DNA of 62,283 nt, the filler included, from Actinomycetota bacterium (GTDB taxonomy: Bacteria; Actinomycetota; Acidimicrobiia; Spongiisociales; UBA4744), in NCBI GenBank assembly GCA_013152275.1. It is 6 parts of 6 records of this genome, joined end to end, with 100 filler letters (N's around TTAATTAATTAA, not from the genome) between each part and the next. Parts side by side here need not be neighbours in the genome. Positions count along the whole stretch, not along the records: positions 52,475 to 62,283 come from JAADGS010000052.1; 5 more parts are not named here. The stretch is one strand, 5' to 3'. Position numbers and translations under genes: made by a program. Of the stretch, positions 60,373 through 62,283 are shown piece by piece. Under the pieces are notes generated by a model. It saw only the letters and a program-made list of their open reading frames with translations, ran no database searches and had not been told where the DNA came from. How positions within the stretch are numbered: position 1 is the stretch's first letter; each line of letters opens with the position of its first letter.

Positions 60373-62130
60373 TCAGCGGTTGCGTGTCCACCACATGCGA
60401 GCGCCGAGCCCGGCGAGAAAGACTCCGCCGGCGGTGAGGAGGACCCGCAGGAATACGAGCCGGCTCGATCCCGTCTGGGCCACCTCGGCGGCGAGCACGT
60501 AGACACCGACGGCGACGAGAAACACGGTGACGGCGACTCCCAGCGTCAACCGGTCGACGGAACGGTGGAGCCTCTTCGTCTCCATCTCCAGGCGGAGGTT
60601 GCGAGTCGCGAATTCGAGGTCGCCGGTTTCGAGCCGCTGGACGAGCCTGTTCACTCGGTGGGGGAGACCCTCGAGGAGCCTGACCGTGTCGAGCGCCTCC
60701 CGCCCGACGCGCCGCCCCACGTTCGTCGGCAGGACCCGCTCTTTGAGGAGTGCCGCCACTTCGGGCTCGAGGGCTTGAAAGAACAGGAACTCGGGGTCGA
60801 CGAGCACGGCGGCGCTTTCGAGCATCGCGACCACTTTGAACAAGAGAGCGAGGTTGGGCGGGAATCGGAGCTGATGCCGATAGGCGATCCGCATCAGCTC
60901 ACCGACCATGTCGCCGGCGGCGAGGTCGTCGACGGACTTGTCTCCGAGCCGATAGAAGAGGTGGTCGAAGTCCTGAGCCACGCTCTGTCGTTGGGCCTCG
61001 GGTTCGGTGGCGCCCAGGGCCCAGAGGGCGTCGAGGATCCCCTCGGTGTCTCTCGAGCTCATCGCATAGGCGAGGTCGAGGAAGTGCTCGCGCTGGCGTT
61101 CGGTGAGCGTGCCGACCATGCCGAAGTCGAGGAGCCCGATCCTGCGGTCCTCCACGACGATGAAGTTGCCGGGATGCGGATCCGCATGGAAGAAGCCCTC
61201 TCGGAAGATCTGGGTGAAGGCGATGTGCAGCGCCACGCTCGCGAGGCGATGACGATCATCGGGTGTCAGGCGGGTGTCGAGGGCGGCGTCGGCGAAGTCG
61301 GTGCCTCGGATCTCGTCCATGACGAGTACTCGCGGTGTCGAGTAGTCCCAATAGATCGTCGGGATGAACACGTCGGGGTCGTCCCGATGGATGCTCTTGA
61401 TACGGTCTGCGTTGTAGCCCTCGTTGGTGTAGTCGAGTTCGTTTCGCAGTGTGAAGGCGAACTCCTCGAAGAGGCCCGCAATGTCATAGAACGTCGCCGG
61501 AGAGTCCCGGGAGGTGCGGCGACGGATCCAGCTTCGCAGGATGGCGAGGTCCATCTCGATCGTTGTGCGCACCCCCGGCTTTTGGATCTTGACGACGACG
61601 GCTTCGCCGCTGTGCAGTGTTGCCCGGTAGACCTGCGCGATCGAGGCGGATCCGATGGGCTCGGTGTCGAACGTTGCGAACACGTCGCCGTAGGGCATCG
61701 GGAGCTCGGCGTCGAGAACCTCGACCATCTCGGAGAACGCAATCGGCGGTACGGCGCTGCGGAGTCGGGCGAGCTCCGAGGCGTACTCCGGCCCGATCAG
61801 ATCGCCTCGCGTGCTGAGGATCTGCGCGAGCTTGATGAAGGTCGGACCAAGGTCCTCGAACGCCATGCGGAGATGCTCAGGACCCGAATAGGGCTCGGCA
61901 CGACGCGGGTGGCTCAACAGCCCCCACTGGAACGGCAGCAACGATCCCATCCCGGTCCGCACGAGCGTCAAGCCGAGACCGTGGCGTACCAGAGCACCGA
62001 CGATCTGGCGCTCTCGCCGCCACCGCCGGCGCCGGCTCCACGACTCGTCGCGCCGCCATCGTACGTTCAGAAGCGGCATCCCTCCCTGTGTCCTTCCGGT
62101 CGGCGCCCGGTCATCATAGTGGTGCGCCAT
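60373..62130 (-). CDS. ABC1/UbiB/AarF family kinase
   Basis: LGPTFIKLAQ, SASIAQVY, VVVKIQKP, ELDY..E, FFHADPHPGN, LDFGMVG; start may be 62079. Confidence 0.93.
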   Translation of the reverse strand: MAHHYDDRAPTGRTQGGMPLLNVRWRRDESWSRRRRWRRERQIVGALVRHGLGLTLVRTGMGSLLPFQWGLLSHPRRAEPYSGPEHLRMAFEDLGPTFIKLAQILSTRGDLIGPEYASELARLRSAVPPIAFSEMVEVLDAELPMPYGDVFATFDTEPIGSASIAQVYRATLHSGEAVVVKIQKPGVRTTIEMDLAILRSWIRRRTSRDSPATFYDIAGLFEEFAFTLRNELDYTNEGYNADRIKSIHRDDPDVFIPTIYWDYSTPRVLVMDEIRGTDFADAALDTRLTPDDRHRLASVALHIAFTQIFREGFFHADPHPGNFIVVEDRRIGLLDFGMVGTLTERQREHFLDLAYAMSSRDTEGILDALWALGATEPEAQRQSVAQDFDHLFYRLGDKSVDDLAAGDMVGELMRIAYRHQLRFPPNLALLFKVVAMLESAAVLVDPEFLFFQALEPEVAALLKERVLPTNVGRRVGREALDTVRLLEGLPHRVNRLVQRLETGDLEFATRNLRLEMETKRLHRSVDRLTLGVAVTVFLVAVGVYVLAAEVAQTGSSRLVFLRVLLTAGGVFLAGLGARMWWTRNR

Positions 62131-62283
62131 TCTGTGCCCTGGAGGCCACCAGGCCGACGGTTTTCTCTCCCTGGAGGCCGCCCCAGGGCCGGAAGGGGTC
62201 CTGGGGGAGGTGGCCGCTCTCCCCGCTTCGCCGTACTCCCCCCTGCGGTCGCTTCGCTCCCTGACAAAGACCCCCCTACGCCG

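Noticed and set aside
62161..62283. GC-rich partly palindromic sequence at window end
   Set aside because: Truncated and only loosely similar to the REP families; cannot be classified

Overview
High-GC actinobacterial DNA, most likely an Acidimicrobiia-like MAG (inferred from F420-type LLM oxidoreductases, DUF222-HNH, an HBHA-like protein, treS, glnE, menB/menE). It is six contigs joined by artificial N-TTAATTAATTAA-N linkers (9342-9441, 26381-26480, 33162-33261, 46054-46153, 52375-52474), plus one 75-N scaffold gap, so gene adjacency holds only within contigs. Contig 1 (1-9341) is a decaying integration hotspot: three copies of one tyrosine integrase associated with CTTCTACCG repeats, an AbiE type IV TA pair, two tRNA-fMet-derived att remnants, IS scars, an SDR and a TetR/hydrolase pair. 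Contig 2 has lpdA/E2 and a long co-oriented metabolic cluster (tartrate-type decarboxylating dehydrogenase, archaeal-type GAPDH and PGK, cupins, split transketolase, SDR, MBL hydrolase, MFS, PHP, LLM). That cluster converges on a truncated PPDK fused to a winged-helix/Rv1126c-like domain. The other contigs are mostly housekeeping (Fpg/Nei, ABC transporters, sufB, treS, arfB, menE/B, glnE, aroF, amn, sigma-70, a copper ATPase cluster, UbiB kinase) with two dispersed palindromic repeat families. Best leads: the PPDK-wHTH fusion, the archaeal GAPDH/PGK-transketolase pathway with an altered PGK substrate site, and the integrase-only mini-element. All family calls come from motif recognition; no searches were run.
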